A DNA stretch of 64,000 nt from NCBI GenBank assembly GCA_943356775.1, contig CALRFU010000004.1, positions 8,546-72,545 on the forward strand. Direction: 5' to 3'. Both the position numbers and the translations under genes were made by a program. Within the stretch, counting starts at the first letter, position 1, and every line of letters starts with the position of its first letter. This DNA is from Candidatus Nomurabacteria bacterium. Its GTDB lineage: Bacteria; Patescibacteriota; Minisyncoccia; Phycocordibacterales; UBA2100. The notes beneath the pieces were generated by a model. That model was not told the origin of the DNA. It did not search any database and was given only the letters and a program-made list of their open reading frames with translations. Shown here one piece after another: positions 1 through 8,674 of the stretch.

Positions 1-1050
1 GAGAGCCGCATGCGCAAACTCGAGATAACCGGCAACGAGAAGCTGGAACACCGGGCCAACGAAATCCTCGTGACCGCAGTGCACCGTCTCGGCAATTCCG
101 TCGTCTCCGACGTTTTGGCGACCACAATTTCAATCCCGAATGACGAACTCAAGGGTAAAATCATCGGCAAAGAAGGCCGTAACATCCGCGCATTCGAACG
201 CGCGACCGGCGTCGACGTCATCATTGACGATACCCCGGGCACCATTACCCTCTCTTCCTATGACCCCATCCGCCGTCAGATAGCACGCATCGCGCTTGAG
301 AATCTCATTCTCGACGGCCGCATCCAACCCGCCAAGATAGAAGAATCCGTGCAGAAGGCCGAGCAAGAAATCAACAACATCATCAAAAAGAAGGGCGCAG
401 AAGCTGCGTTTGAGGCAAAAGTCCCGAACCTCGATCCGAAACTCATCATGATTCTCGGACGACTCTATTTCCGTTCGAGCTATGGTCAGAATGTACTTGA
501 TCACTCCGTCGAAGTTGCCCATATGGCAGGTATGCTCGCCGCAGAACTCGGTGCCAACGAAGCCGTCGCCCGTGCGGGAGCACTCTTCCATGATATCGGC
601 AAAGCTGTGGACCACGAGGTCCCCGGCACACACGTCGAAATCGGCCGTCGCATCTTGCAGAAATTCGGTGTGAGCGAAGAAGTGGTCAAGGCGATGCAGG
701 CGCACCATGAGGAATACCCATACGAAACTCCGGAATCAATGATCGTGCAGGTCGCCGACGCCATCTCTGGCGCTCGTCCAGGAGCTCGTCGTGATTCAGT
801 CGAGAACTACATCAAACGTCTCACCGAATTGGAAGCTATCGCCAACAGCAACCCTGGCGTTGAGAAGAGCTACGCAATTGCAGCTGGACGCGAAGTGCGC
901 GTCATCGTGAAGCCTGAGGCAATCACTGACCTTGAAGCACGCAAGCTCGCCCGCGACATCGCAGACAAAATCGAGAAAGACATGCAGTACCCGGGAGAGA
1001 TAAAAATCTCCGTCATCCGCGAGACAAGAGTCATCGAGTATGCGAGATAG
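1..1050 (+). CDS. rny: Ribonuclease Y, C-terminal KH + HD domains. The 5' end is truncated by the window edge.
   Basis: The translation contains the KH motif GKIIGKEGRNIRAFE and the HD motif HSVEVAHMAGMLAAELG...LFHDIGKA. The reading frame is open from base 1. Confidence 0.85.
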   Translation, partial: ESRMRKLEITGNEKLEHRANEILVTAVHRLGNSVVSDVLATTISIPNDELKGKIIGKEGRNIRAFERATGVDVIIDDTPGTITLSSYDPIRRQIARIALENLILDGRIQPAKIEESVQKAEQEINNIIKKKGAEAAFEAKVPNLDPKLIMILGRLYFRSSYGQNVLDHSVEVAHMAGMLAAELGANEAVARAGALFHDIGKAVDHEVPGTHVEIGRRILQKFGVSEEVVKAMQAHHEEYPYETPESMIVQVADAISGARPGARRDSVENYIKRLTELEAIANSNPGVEKSYAIAAGREVRVIVKPEAITDLEARKLARDIADKIEKDMQYPGEIKISVIRETRVIEYAR

Positions 1051-1075
1051 TGGCTCTGTTGAGCCCTTTAATCAA

Positions 1076-1108
1076 GAGCCCCGAAACAAGATGTTTCGGG
1101 GCTTAAAA
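1076..1108 (+). terminator. Rho-independent terminator after rny
   Basis: A perfect about 10-bp stem (ccccgaaaca/tgtttcgggg) lies 26 nt after the rny stop and is followed by a short T/A-rich tail. Confidence 0.5.
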
Positions 1109-1110
1109 GC

Positions 1111-1139
1111 TGTGGATAATGACATTTTGTCAATTGACA
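1111..1139. promoter_or_regulatory. Consensus DnaA box (TGTGGATAA) plus a 12-bp perfect palindrome TGTCAATTGACA overlapping a TTGACA -35-like hexamer, upstream of hup
   Basis: The motifs are read directly from the sequence at 1111-1119 and 1128-1139. They lie about 85 bp upstream of the hup ATG. Confidence 0.4.
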
Positions 1140-1223
1140 GGCAGAAAATACGGCTCAAAATGGTCAGATAGAGGTCGAGTGCGCATGACGTAAGTTATTT
1201 AATAAAAGGTAATTAGAAAATCT

Positions 1224-1499
1224 ATGGCAAATAAAATGGATTTGGTTGAGAAAGTAGCTCAGACAATCAGCTGCACGAAAGCTGATGGCGAGCGCGCAGT
1301 AGAGGCAATCATCGCGATGATTACCGACACCCTAAAGAAGGGCGACGAGGTATCGATTGCAGGTCTCGGTATCTTCCAAGCGAAGACACGCGCCGGCCGC
1401 ACAGGCCGCAACCCACGTACGGGTGCGACCATTCAGATTAAGGCGATGCGAGTGCCGAAGTTCCGCGCTTCCAAGACCTTGAAGGACGCTGTTAAGTAA
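1224..1499 (+). CDS. hup: HU/IHF family nucleoid-associated DNA-binding protein
   Basis: The 91-aa product has the HU signature GLGIFQAKTRAGRTGRNPRTGATIQIKAMRVPKFRASK. A strong terminator follows the gene. Confidence 0.85.
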   Translation: MANKMDLVEKVAQTISCTKADGERAVEAIIAMITDTLKKGDEVSIAGLGIFQAKTRAGRTGRNPRTGATIQIKAMRVPKFRASKTLKDAVK

Positions 1500-1520
1500 C
1501 CGCTGAAGAATTCTTCACCA

Positions 1521-1548
1521 AAAGCCGCCTTCGGGCGGTTTTTGTTTT
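1521..1548 (+). terminator. Rho-independent terminator after hup
   Basis: The sequence aaagccgccttcgggcggtttttgtttt forms a GC stem with a TTCG loop and a T-run. Confidence 0.7.
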
Positions 1549-1572
1549 GCTTGCGCTGAGATCGTCGAAGTG

Positions 1573-1643
1573 TGCGGGCGGCGGGAATCGAACTCGCAAC
1601 TGCTCTTTGGAAGAGAGCCATTTTACCACTAAACTACGCCCGC
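1573..1643 (-). tRNA. tRNA-Gly (anticodon TCC)
   Basis: The reverse complement folds as a cloverleaf: acceptor GCGGGCG/CGCCCGC, anticodon arm GCTCT-CTTCCAA-AGAGC, T-loop GTTCGATTC. CCA is not encoded. Confidence 0.85.
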
Positions 1644-2317
1644 AAATTCTCATTTCCTAACACGAGTCCCGACCATGCAGCTATCTTTCGGAAAAGAAAA
1701 ACACCAAACCTCTTCTCACCGAAGCTTTTAAAGCGTAAGTGAGCCGTTCCGTGAAGTAACTTCCCCGACTTAATAGCTTTTTTGTCGGTTCGCCTATCAA
1801 AAGAAGTCTTCTGAAATTGGCTAATGGGAATAGTAGTCATTTTCGACCAATACTGCAAACTTTTCTTTTCATCACAATCGGGATACAAGTGAAGGCGGAC
1901 CCGAAGATTCTTTTTGGGGAGCTCGAGTCCTTCAGTGAACCAGCGAAGTATGAAATTAATTACCGACGGGTCTGCGTTAGCGAAGCTCGTTATTTCAGCT
2001 GTCTTGGAGCCTTCACCAATGTACAAACCAAGGCCGATCATAAACACGTCACGCCGAGATATCTTCCCGAGTTCGCGTCTCGCCTGAAGGCCTGCCTCAA
2101 GAATTGAGTCCTGTTTTATCTTACTCTTCACCCGTCCTGAGGCGGCCCGCGCCGAACCTATTTTTTTGACAGTCTCTTCATTCGGCGTGTACGACACGTT
2201 GGCCAACCAATCTGAGAGCGTGCTTTTGGAAATCTTGAGAACTTCAGAAATATAATTGTAAGAATGCCCTTCTTTTCTAAGTTCGATTGCTCGCAACTTG
2301 TCCGTGAATCTAGCCAC
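1634..2317 (-). CDS. Hypothetical protein with an N-terminal HTH and a degenerate LAGLIDADG-like motif (IGLGLYIGEGSK), a possible free-standing homing endonuclease. Its last 10 nt overlap tRNA-Gly.
   Basis: The HTH is YNYISEVLKISKSTLSDWL and the LAGLIDADG-like block is GLGLYIGEGS. The gene sits in a distinctly lower-GC (about 43%) stretch next to a tRNA. Confidence 0.4.
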   Translation of the reverse strand: MARFTDKLRAIELRKEGHSYNYISEVLKISKSTLSDWLANVSYTPNEETVKKIGSARAASGRVKSKIKQDSILEAGLQARRELGKISRRDVFMIGLGLYIGEGSKTAEITSFANADPSVINFILRWFTEGLELPKKNLRVRLHLYPDCDEKKSLQYWSKMTTIPISQFQKTSFDRRTDKKAIKSGKLLHGTAHLRFKSFGEKRFGVFLFRKIAAWSGLVLGNENLRA

Positions 2318-2419
2318 GGTTACATGTTATGGTTTATCAAATATATGTCGAGGGTTCGTTATCCACACCAAATATCGCTTGACTTGAGTTGCAGAGATAC
2401 AAAGCGTATATTCAAATGA

Positions 2420-3592
2420 ATGTCGCCGCGCCTCCGATCATTCATTCTGAATCTCTCAATTCTTTCATTCATTGCGGGTGGATTCTTTTTTCTCCTCGAC
2501 CGTGAGCCGGCCGGGATTGCAGTTCAAACCGCCGCAACGAGCACGGATACGTCAATCCAAACCGCGGCCGAGATTACCGCATTAGAGGCTCCGACTCCCC
2601 CACGACGCGCTACATCAACCCCTAAAAAAGTAGCCGCAGCTCCGGCAAAAGCAACCATACAAAAGGCACCAGCTCAGCAACCTGTTGTACAGAAAGAGCC
2701 CGATAATCAGGCGCGACGCATCCAAAATCCATACTCCTTTGCCCCAGTACCTTTTGAATCGATAGACGCGATTACACGGCCGGCTCTCGTCAATATCCTC
2801 TGCAAGCCGCGCGGTGGGAACACCCTCCCGCCCATCTCCGGTTCTGGTGTCATCATCGACCCGAGAGGAATTATTCTCACCAACGCACACGTAGCGCAAT
2901 ACGTACTCCTTGCACAGAGCGCTCGTATCAATCTTTCGTGTGTTATCCGCACAGGGGCGCCAGCTATCGCTAGATGGAACGCCGAAATCCTCTACATCCC
3001 GCCTGTGTGGGTAGAAGCGCATGCCAAAGAGATAACGGCGACGCATCCGGTCGGCACGGGAGAGCATGACTATGCGCTCCTCCGTATTACCGGCTCCCTC
3101 GATGCGACACCGCTCCCAATCCCCTTCCCGCACCTCCCCGTCGATACACGTGAAGCAATCGGATTCTACGGCGACCAGGTCTTGGTCGTGAGTTATCCCG
3201 CGGAATTCCTTGCGGGAGCTGCGCAATTCACCATGTACCCGGCTTCATCCATTACAACAATCGGACAACTCATGACCTTCGTGGCAAAAACAGTCGACCT
3301 CATTTCGCTTGGCGGCATTATTGAAGCACAAGGTGGTTCTTCCGGCGGTGCGGTGGTAAATGCCTGGGGTCGCCTTATAGGGCTCATATCGACGACAAGC
3401 GAGGGCGAGACGACCGCCACGAGAGACCTCCGCGCCATTAGCCTCAGCTACATCAATCGCGACATATCTATACAAACCCAATTCGATATCGCAACCACGC
3501 TCGGCGGCGACGTTGTCGCACAGGCATTCGATTTCAATACGAATGTCGCACCAAGGCTGATCGATCTCTATCTCACGCAGATCGAAAAGTGA
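2420..3592 (+). CDS. Membrane-anchored trypsin-like (S1/DegP-like) serine protease
   Basis: The product has an N-terminal TM segment, the His motif GSGVIIDPRGIILTNAHV and the Ser motif GGSSGGAVVN. Confidence 0.7.
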   Translation: MSPRLRSFILNLSILSFIAGGFFFLLDREPAGIAVQTAATSTDTSIQTAAEITALEAPTPPRRATSTPKKVAAAPAKATIQKAPAQQPVVQKEPDNQARRIQNPYSFAPVPFESIDAITRPALVNILCKPRGGNTLPPISGSGVIIDPRGIILTNAHVAQYVLLAQSARINLSCVIRTGAPAIARWNAEILYIPPVWVEAHAKEITATHPVGTGEHDYALLRITGSLDATPLPIPFPHLPVDTREAIGFYGDQVLVVSYPAEFLAGAAQFTMYPASSITTIGQLMTFVAKTVDLISLGGIIEAQGGSSGGAVVNAWGRLIGLISTTSEGETTATRDLRAISLSYINRDISIQTQFDIATTLGGDVVAQAFDFNTNVAPRLIDLYLTQIEK

Positions 3593-3720
3593 TTGCTTTC
3601 GACTAAAGGAATTTCCGAACCGCAAGAAGTGGAGCGCTCGCAAGCGCAAATGAAAGCCACATGGGCGGATTCTCCTACTACTTCGTCGTAAATTTCTGTC
3701 TATAGTTTTTTGAATTTCGA

Positions 3721-4299
3721 TCAGTATCGCTCGAGAAGCACGGTCATGGGCATGACGGCAACCGAAACTCCATGCTTACGAGATCGTTTTGAGGCTTCTT
3801 CTGGAGTCATCCCTGACGTTAGGAAAAACTCTGCAGCCATGTCAGTCGAATGGTGGGTGTGTGTTTCGTCCTGATTGACGTCGGTAAAAACGTCGAAACC
3901 AAGACGGAGCCCGATCGCTTCAGATCCAAGTCTAGATACTCCTACAATATACTTTGCCTGGGCGAATTCGCTTTCTGGATGACTCCGTGCATATTTGGCA
4001 AATTCTTTCAAAGCTCGCTCAGAGTCACGAAAATAGTTAAGTCCTATTTGCGCAGGTGTTTTTCCTTGATCCAGCTCTTGTTTTGCGTATGCTCCGATCC
4101 GATCAATATCGAAATAACAAATAGGTGGGGAAAACTTCTCGACAAGCTCGGGGTATTTTTCCGCAAGAGCTCTCGATTCGGGCAGTGCCCAATCGTCAAT
4201 ATGTCGTCTAACAATAATTGAAACAATCCCAATGTTCATCCAAGAGGAATTTTTAAATCTGATTGCGCCAACGGCGGCGTCTTCGTTTTCAAAGTCCAT
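3721..4299 (-). CDS. Hypothetical protein of unknown function, lying in a lower-GC segment
   Basis: This 192-aa ORF has clean boundaries and no recognisable motif. Its GC (about 47%) is lower than the flanking genes. Confidence 0.4.
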   Translation of the reverse strand: MDFENEDAAVGAIRFKNSSWMNIGIVSIIVRRHIDDWALPESRALAEKYPELVEKFSPPICYFDIDRIGAYAKQELDQGKTPAQIGLNYFRDSERALKEFAKYARSHPESEFAQAKYIVGVSRLGSEAIGLRLGFDVFTDVNQDETHTHHSTDMAAEFFLTSGMTPEEASKRSRKHGVSVAVMPMTVLLERY

Positions 4300-4359
4300 A
4301 GACCAACAATAGCATTATCTTTTCATGGACTATTAAGAAAGAAACTCTGTATTCAGTTA

Positions 4360-4430
4360 TCGGGGCGCCGAGAATCGAACTCGGTCAACTTGCTCCCAAA
4401 GCAAGCGTACTACCGGTATACTACGCCCCG
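4360..4430 (-). tRNA. tRNA-Pro (anticodon TGG)
   Basis: The cloverleaf has the C1:G72 acceptor pair typical of bacterial tRNA-Pro, the anticodon arm CTTGC-TTTGGGA-GCAAG and the T-loop GTTCGATTC. Confidence 0.85.
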
Positions 4431-4529
4431 CATTTACCCGTTGAAGATCGCAACGATGGAAAAGCCTTCGTATACTAACACATATCATGTGCAGAATATA
4501 AAGGACAGGCTATCGGACATGAGTGTCCC

Positions 4530-4937
4530 TTACAGGTTACTCTCGAGGGCTTGCTCGAAAAGTCGACAACGGGCAGTCCTCGTACCCATGACCATAATTA
4601 CCCCCACCACATCTATCTGGAATTCGCGCTTATCTTTCTTTACCTCCATATACAAAGCAGCGGTTCTGGCCAATTTCCTAAGCTTCCTAAAGTCAACCAT
4701 CTCCTCTGGCCTATAGTCCATTTCACGGGAAACGTCCGGCAAGCTTTCACGTGAAACTGCCTTTACTTCAACAAAGCGCACAATTCCACCTTTTTCGGCA
4801 ATGATATCTATCTCACCCCAGGGTTTCCGATAGTTTCGGGTAATAACCTTAAATCCCTTACCTTCAAGGAACTTTGAGGCGACGTCCTCACCCATCCGCC
4901 CGACTTCCTTTCTTGCAGAGTCATCCACCATGCCCAC
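4530..4937 (-). CDS. yraN: YraN/UPF0102 family endonuclease
   Basis: The 135-aa product contains KGFKVITRNYRKPWGEIDIIAEKGGIVRFVEVKA, the YraN pattern. Confidence 0.75.
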   Translation of the reverse strand: MGMVDDSARKEVGRMGEDVASKFLEGKGFKVITRNYRKPWGEIDIIAEKGGIVRFVEVKAVSRESLPDVSREMDYRPEEMVDFRKLRKLARTAALYMEVKKDKREFQIDVVGVIMVMGTRTARCRLFEQALESNL

Positions 4938-5017
4938 CAGTATATATCAGCCAAGAGGGGAGTTTTCACCCCGTTAGAAGCATTGCCTCTAACGGGGTTC
5001 ACGCGAAACGTGCAGAG

Positions 5018-5037
5018 GACGTTACTTAAGTAACGTC
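5018..5037. promoter_or_regulatory. Perfect 20-bp palindrome GACGTTACTTAAGTAACGTC, a candidate operator, in the 420-bp AT-rich intergenic region between divergent yraN and a membrane-protein gene
   Basis: The palindrome is read directly from the sequence. Confidence 0.35.
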
Positions 5038-5356
5038 TTACACCGGCGTCTTTTACACTTTTCCCGCATAATACCCATAAAAATAAGGTTTTTTCAGATA
5101 AATACCTATGTTTCATGAAGAAAAGACATAAAAGCATGTCCTTTATCCCCATATCCACAGACTTTTCCCCAGTTTTGTCCAAAAAGAACCTTTATAAACA
5201 TTGAGTTTTATATCTTTTTCAATAGCGCCTTACCGATTGATTCAAAAAAGAGTTCTTGTCCTTTAGGATCCTTGGCTCAGAATCTGGATAAAATATGCAT
5301 TTACAACACAGAATCTCCTTGACGCCAACGTCAGTCGTGTACTACGTTTTGCACAT

Positions 5357-6406
5357 ATGAAACAACTTGGAGGTTCTACTTATCAATTGCTTCTTTTTGT
5401 TCTTGCGATTTTTGCTTTTACTATTGTCCTTGCTATTTTTCCGGTCAAAGCATTCGCTTTGGACGCAGCCACTCAAACAAGCCAAGTGCTGCCGGCGGGC
5501 GGCAACAACTGCCCGGCAGTTTCTGCTACCAACTTTACGCCATATATATACGAGGGAGGTCTTCACTCTTTTGAATTCACCGTCTCTGATGCCTCGTACG
5601 TTGCTCTCGCTGGCTCGGCAGGGAATACCCCCATCTCTTTCAACTTAGTAACACGCAAGACCGATCCTTCAGGAATGCTTCGTCTCCATGTCGATATCGA
5701 AACAACACCTATCTCAGGCACCTTGCCCTTAAAAGTAACCCTGCTCTCTGCTCGTGCTGGTAGTCCTGTATGTATGACCGTCGTCTCGGTGGGCGTGAGC
5801 TCAGCAGGTCTAGCACCGGTCCAAAACATTTCCTCTGTAAATACGATTCCAAGGACGGTGACCGCTGCGCCGACCACATCGGGATCGAGCGCGACTCCTG
5901 CTCCAAAACCAAGCACATCAACTGATCCTGTCCCGACCTCAAAGCAAGTCTTGACCACGAGCACGCCGGACGGCTCTGCAGTAGGCACCGCAAAAGTCGC
6001 ATTCGGAAAGATGTGTTCTTCGGAGACAAGCGCCTACCGCCTCTGGCTCATCCTCCTCGTGTTGTACATACTCACCGTCGGAGCTATTCTCTGGGCGAAA
6101 TTCCCCGTATCTGCCACCTGGGCACGGACTCCTGAGCGCGTAGCGACCATCACCCTCGTCCTTTTGCTCTTGCTCCTCACATTCTGGTACTTCTCAATAT
6201 CCTGCAGAGCAGCCCTCTGGATGCCTCTCATGGCCTTTCTCGTGGCGGTCTTGGGCTTACTCGCCGCATTCTGGAATCACCCACGCGTAACGCAGATGCT
6301 CCTCATCCAAGAGACAAAACAGCCGACTCCTGCGCCAGTAAAGACGACTTCCCCGACCATCATCACTCCTCCTGCAAAAGTCGTCGTCCCTCCGGCAAAG
6401 AAGTAG
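5357..6406 (+). CDS. Hypothetical secreted and membrane protein with a signal peptide, a Thr/Pro-rich region and C-terminal TM helices
   Basis: The product has an N-terminal hydrophobic signal, the low-complexity stretch TTSGSSATPAPKPSTSTDPVPTS, and multiple C-terminal hydrophobic helices. Confidence 0.5.
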   Translation: MKQLGGSTYQLLLFVLAIFAFTIVLAIFPVKAFALDAATQTSQVLPAGGNNCPAVSATNFTPYIYEGGLHSFEFTVSDASYVALAGSAGNTPISFNLVTRKTDPSGMLRLHVDIETTPISGTLPLKVTLLSARAGSPVCMTVVSVGVSSAGLAPVQNISSVNTIPRTVTAAPTTSGSSATPAPKPSTSTDPVPTSKQVLTTSTPDGSAVGTAKVAFGKMCSSETSAYRLWLILLVLYILTVGAILWAKFPVSATWARTPERVATITLVLLLLLLTFWYFSISCRAALWMPLMAFLVAVLGLLAAFWNHPRVTQMLLIQETKQPTPAPVKTTSPTIITPPAKVVVPPAKK

Positions 6407-6429
6407 CCCTCTTGCGCCTCACTCGTTCC

Positions 6430-6503
6430 TGGTGCGGGTACGGAGAATCGAACTCCGCTCTCGTCCTTGGCAAGGACGCGTTCTACCACTAAACCATACC
6501 CGC
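6430..6503 (-). tRNA. tRNA-Gly (anticodon GCC), with encoded CCA
   Basis: The reverse complement reads GCGGGTA...CGTCC-TTGCCAA-GGACG...GGAGTTCGATTCTCC-GTACCCGC-ACCA. Confidence 0.9.
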
Positions 6504-6556
6504 ATTACCGAGGGATTATACAGTACTCGTCATAAGCGGCAACAATATTACTTTTG

Positions 6557-6628
6557 TGCTCCCGGAGGGATTCGAACCCCCAACAACAGCTTCGAAGGCT
6601 GGCATGATATCCATTTCACCACGGGAGC
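6557..6628 (-). tRNA. tRNA-Arg (anticodon TCG). The anticodon assignment is moderately certain.
   Basis: The cloverleaf has acceptor GCTCCCG/CGGGAGC, anticodon loop CTTCGAA and T-arm GGGGG-TTCGAAT-CCCTC. There is one mismatch at the base of the anticodon stem. Confidence 0.7.
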
Positions 6629-6725
6629 TAGCGAGGGACAAAGTGAAAGTTTACTTTCATTTTCCCCGAGCGACGCTCACGAAAGCTTTGTGCTTACGGG
6701 AGCTTACCGCCTATAATGCACTACA

Positions 6726-8201
6726 ATGTCAGATATGGAAACAAAGCTGGCCGTGCCCAAAGAAGTCCTCGAGGTATCCGAGGCACTTCAGGCGGGAGGC
6801 TTTGAGGCGTACCTCGTCGGCGGTTGTGTGCGCGATCTCATCATCGGTCGTGAGCCGAAGGATTGGGACATCACGACCAACGCGACGCCAGAAAAAATAC
6901 AAGCTCTTTTTGAGGATACTTTCTACGAAAACGATTACGGAACCGTTGGCGTCGTCACAAAATCCGATGATGCGCGGCTCAAGGTCATCGAGGTCACTCC
7001 GTACCGCACGGAAGGGAAGTACTCGAATGCACGACATCCTGATGAAGTGAGCTTTAGCGACAGCCTCTCCGATGATTTGAAGCGCCGCGACCTCACCATC
7101 AATGCGATTGCGTATGGTGCCGCACGCTCCGTGCTCGTCGACGAACACGGCGGGCGGGAAGACCTCGCGGCGAAACGCGTCAGGACCGTAGGGAATCCGC
7201 ATGAGCGGTTCGAAGAAGATGCGCTGCGTATGCTGCGCGCAGTGCGTATCGCAGCCGAGCTTGATTTTGTCATTGATACGCAAACCGCCGAAGGTATCGC
7301 GGCGCAAGCTCCGCAACTCGCGAAGATTTCCCGCGAGCGCGTGCGCGACGAACTCATTCGTATTGTGCAGAGCCCGCGCCCGATGCAAGCTCTCTATGTG
7401 GCTCAGAAGCTTGGTATTTTGAAGTATGTCATTCCGGAACTGGAAGAGGGAATCGGTTGTGCACAAAATCAGGCGCACTCATTCGACGTATTCGAGCATC
7501 TCATGCGAAGCCTCCAGCACGCCGCAGACAAAGAATGGCCGCTCGACGTGCGGCTCGCGGCACTGCTCCACGACGTGGGAAAGCCGGCGACGCGCGTATG
7601 GTCGGAAGAGAAAAAAGATTGGACCTTCCACGGGCATGACGTCGTCTCGGCACGGATGACGAAGAAAATTATGAATGATTTGAAATTTCCGAAAGAGACT
7701 ACCGACAAAGTATCGACGCTTGTGCGGACGCACATGTTCTTCTCGGACCCTGAGGTTGTCACGCTCTCCGCGGTACGCAGAGTCATAGCGCGCGTGGGCA
7801 AAGAAAATATCAACGACCTTTTGAATTTGCGCGTGTGCGACCGCATCGGCACGGGGAGACCAAAAGCGCATCCGTTCCGCCTCCGCAAATATATGTCGAT
7901 GGTGGACGAGGCGATGCGCGATGCCGTATCGGTCGGCATGCTGAAGATTGACGGTACAAAATTGATAGAGCTTGCTGAGAAGCCGGGACCTCGCATCGGC
8001 TGGATACTCCATGCGCTCCTCGAGGAAGTCCTCGATGAGCCTGAGAAAAACACCGGAGAATACCTGGAAAAGAGGGCGGCTGAGCTTATGAAGGTGGACG
8101 ACAAAGAACTCCGCGAACTTGGTGAGGCGGGCAAAGACCGCCGCGAAGAAGAAGACGAAGCGGCCATACAAAAGTTGAGAGAGAAACATCACGTAAGCTA
8201 G
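6726..8201 (+). CDS. cca: CCA-adding tRNA nucleotidyltransferase with a C-terminal HD domain
   Basis: The product has the polymerase-beta-type head GGCVRDLIIGREPKDWDITT and the HD region LLHDVGKP. Confidence 0.85.
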   Translation: MSDMETKLAVPKEVLEVSEALQAGGFEAYLVGGCVRDLIIGREPKDWDITTNATPEKIQALFEDTFYENDYGTVGVVTKSDDARLKVIEVTPYRTEGKYSNARHPDEVSFSDSLSDDLKRRDLTINAIAYGAARSVLVDEHGGREDLAAKRVRTVGNPHERFEEDALRMLRAVRIAAELDFVIDTQTAEGIAAQAPQLAKISRERVRDELIRIVQSPRPMQALYVAQKLGILKYVIPELEEGIGCAQNQAHSFDVFEHLMRSLQHAADKEWPLDVRLAALLHDVGKPATRVWSEEKKDWTFHGHDVVSARMTKKIMNDLKFPKETTDKVSTLVRTHMFFSDPEVVTLSAVRRVIARVGKENINDLLNLRVCDRIGTGRPKAHPFRLRKYMSMVDEAMRDAVSVGMLKIDGTKLIELAEKPGPRIGWILHALLEEVLDEPEKNTGEYLEKRAAELMKVDDKELRELGEAGKDRREEEDEAAIQKLREKHHVS

Positions 8202-8363
8202 GGTCGGTGCGTGCATTCCCAGAGCCTCCGCAGCCGAAGAGGCGAGGATTGAGGACTTTTCAGTAGAAAAGTCCGTGCTCTGGGAATGTATGCGCCGACA
8301 CTAGCATTACCAACCCTACTTCGCATAAAGCTACGCAGGGCTTTTTTGCTTCGCAAAAAAGAA

Positions 8364-8426
8364 AAAGCCGCCTCACCTGGCCACCCGTTTCTTTGTTTAG
8401 GTGGCCGCCGTGAAGCGGCTTTTAGT
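8364..8426 (+). terminator. Nested GC-rich hairpin with a T-run, a likely cca terminator
   Basis: The stems aaagccgcctcac...gtgaagcggcttt enclose ggccacc...ggtggcc, followed by ttttagttg. Confidence 0.45.
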
Positions 8427-8674
8427 TGTTGTCTCCGATTCCTCCAAAGGAATTGAATAATTACTGCAAGTACCTAGGCGTTCAATCGGTCACGGAGGCG
8501 ACCGTAATTTTTAGAACATGAGTACTTTGTAATGTATTTACTCGACCATTAGAGGTGCGAGAGACATAAAGAGCAACTAGGATGAATCTTATCGCTGTAT
8601 TGGACACTGTAAAGGACAGACTGTTGATAACTGCTCTGTTTAGCATGTCCTTTAAAGGACATCCCTAAATAAGC

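Noticed and set aside
130-708. 192-aa minus-strand ORF inside rny
   Set aside because: It is antisense to a confidently identified gene and shows no motifs. Long antisense ORFs are expected in sequence of about 58% GC.
4390-4716. 108-aa plus-strand ORF
   Set aside because: It overlaps tRNA-Pro on the opposite strand and also overlaps the yraN gene. It has no motifs.
6729-8216. Large minus-strand ORFs (249, 232 and 245 aa) overlapping cca
   Set aside because: They are antisense to cca, which has clear nucleotidyltransferase and HD motifs. Their composition is Ser/Arg-rich, as expected from antisense translation of GC-rich codons.
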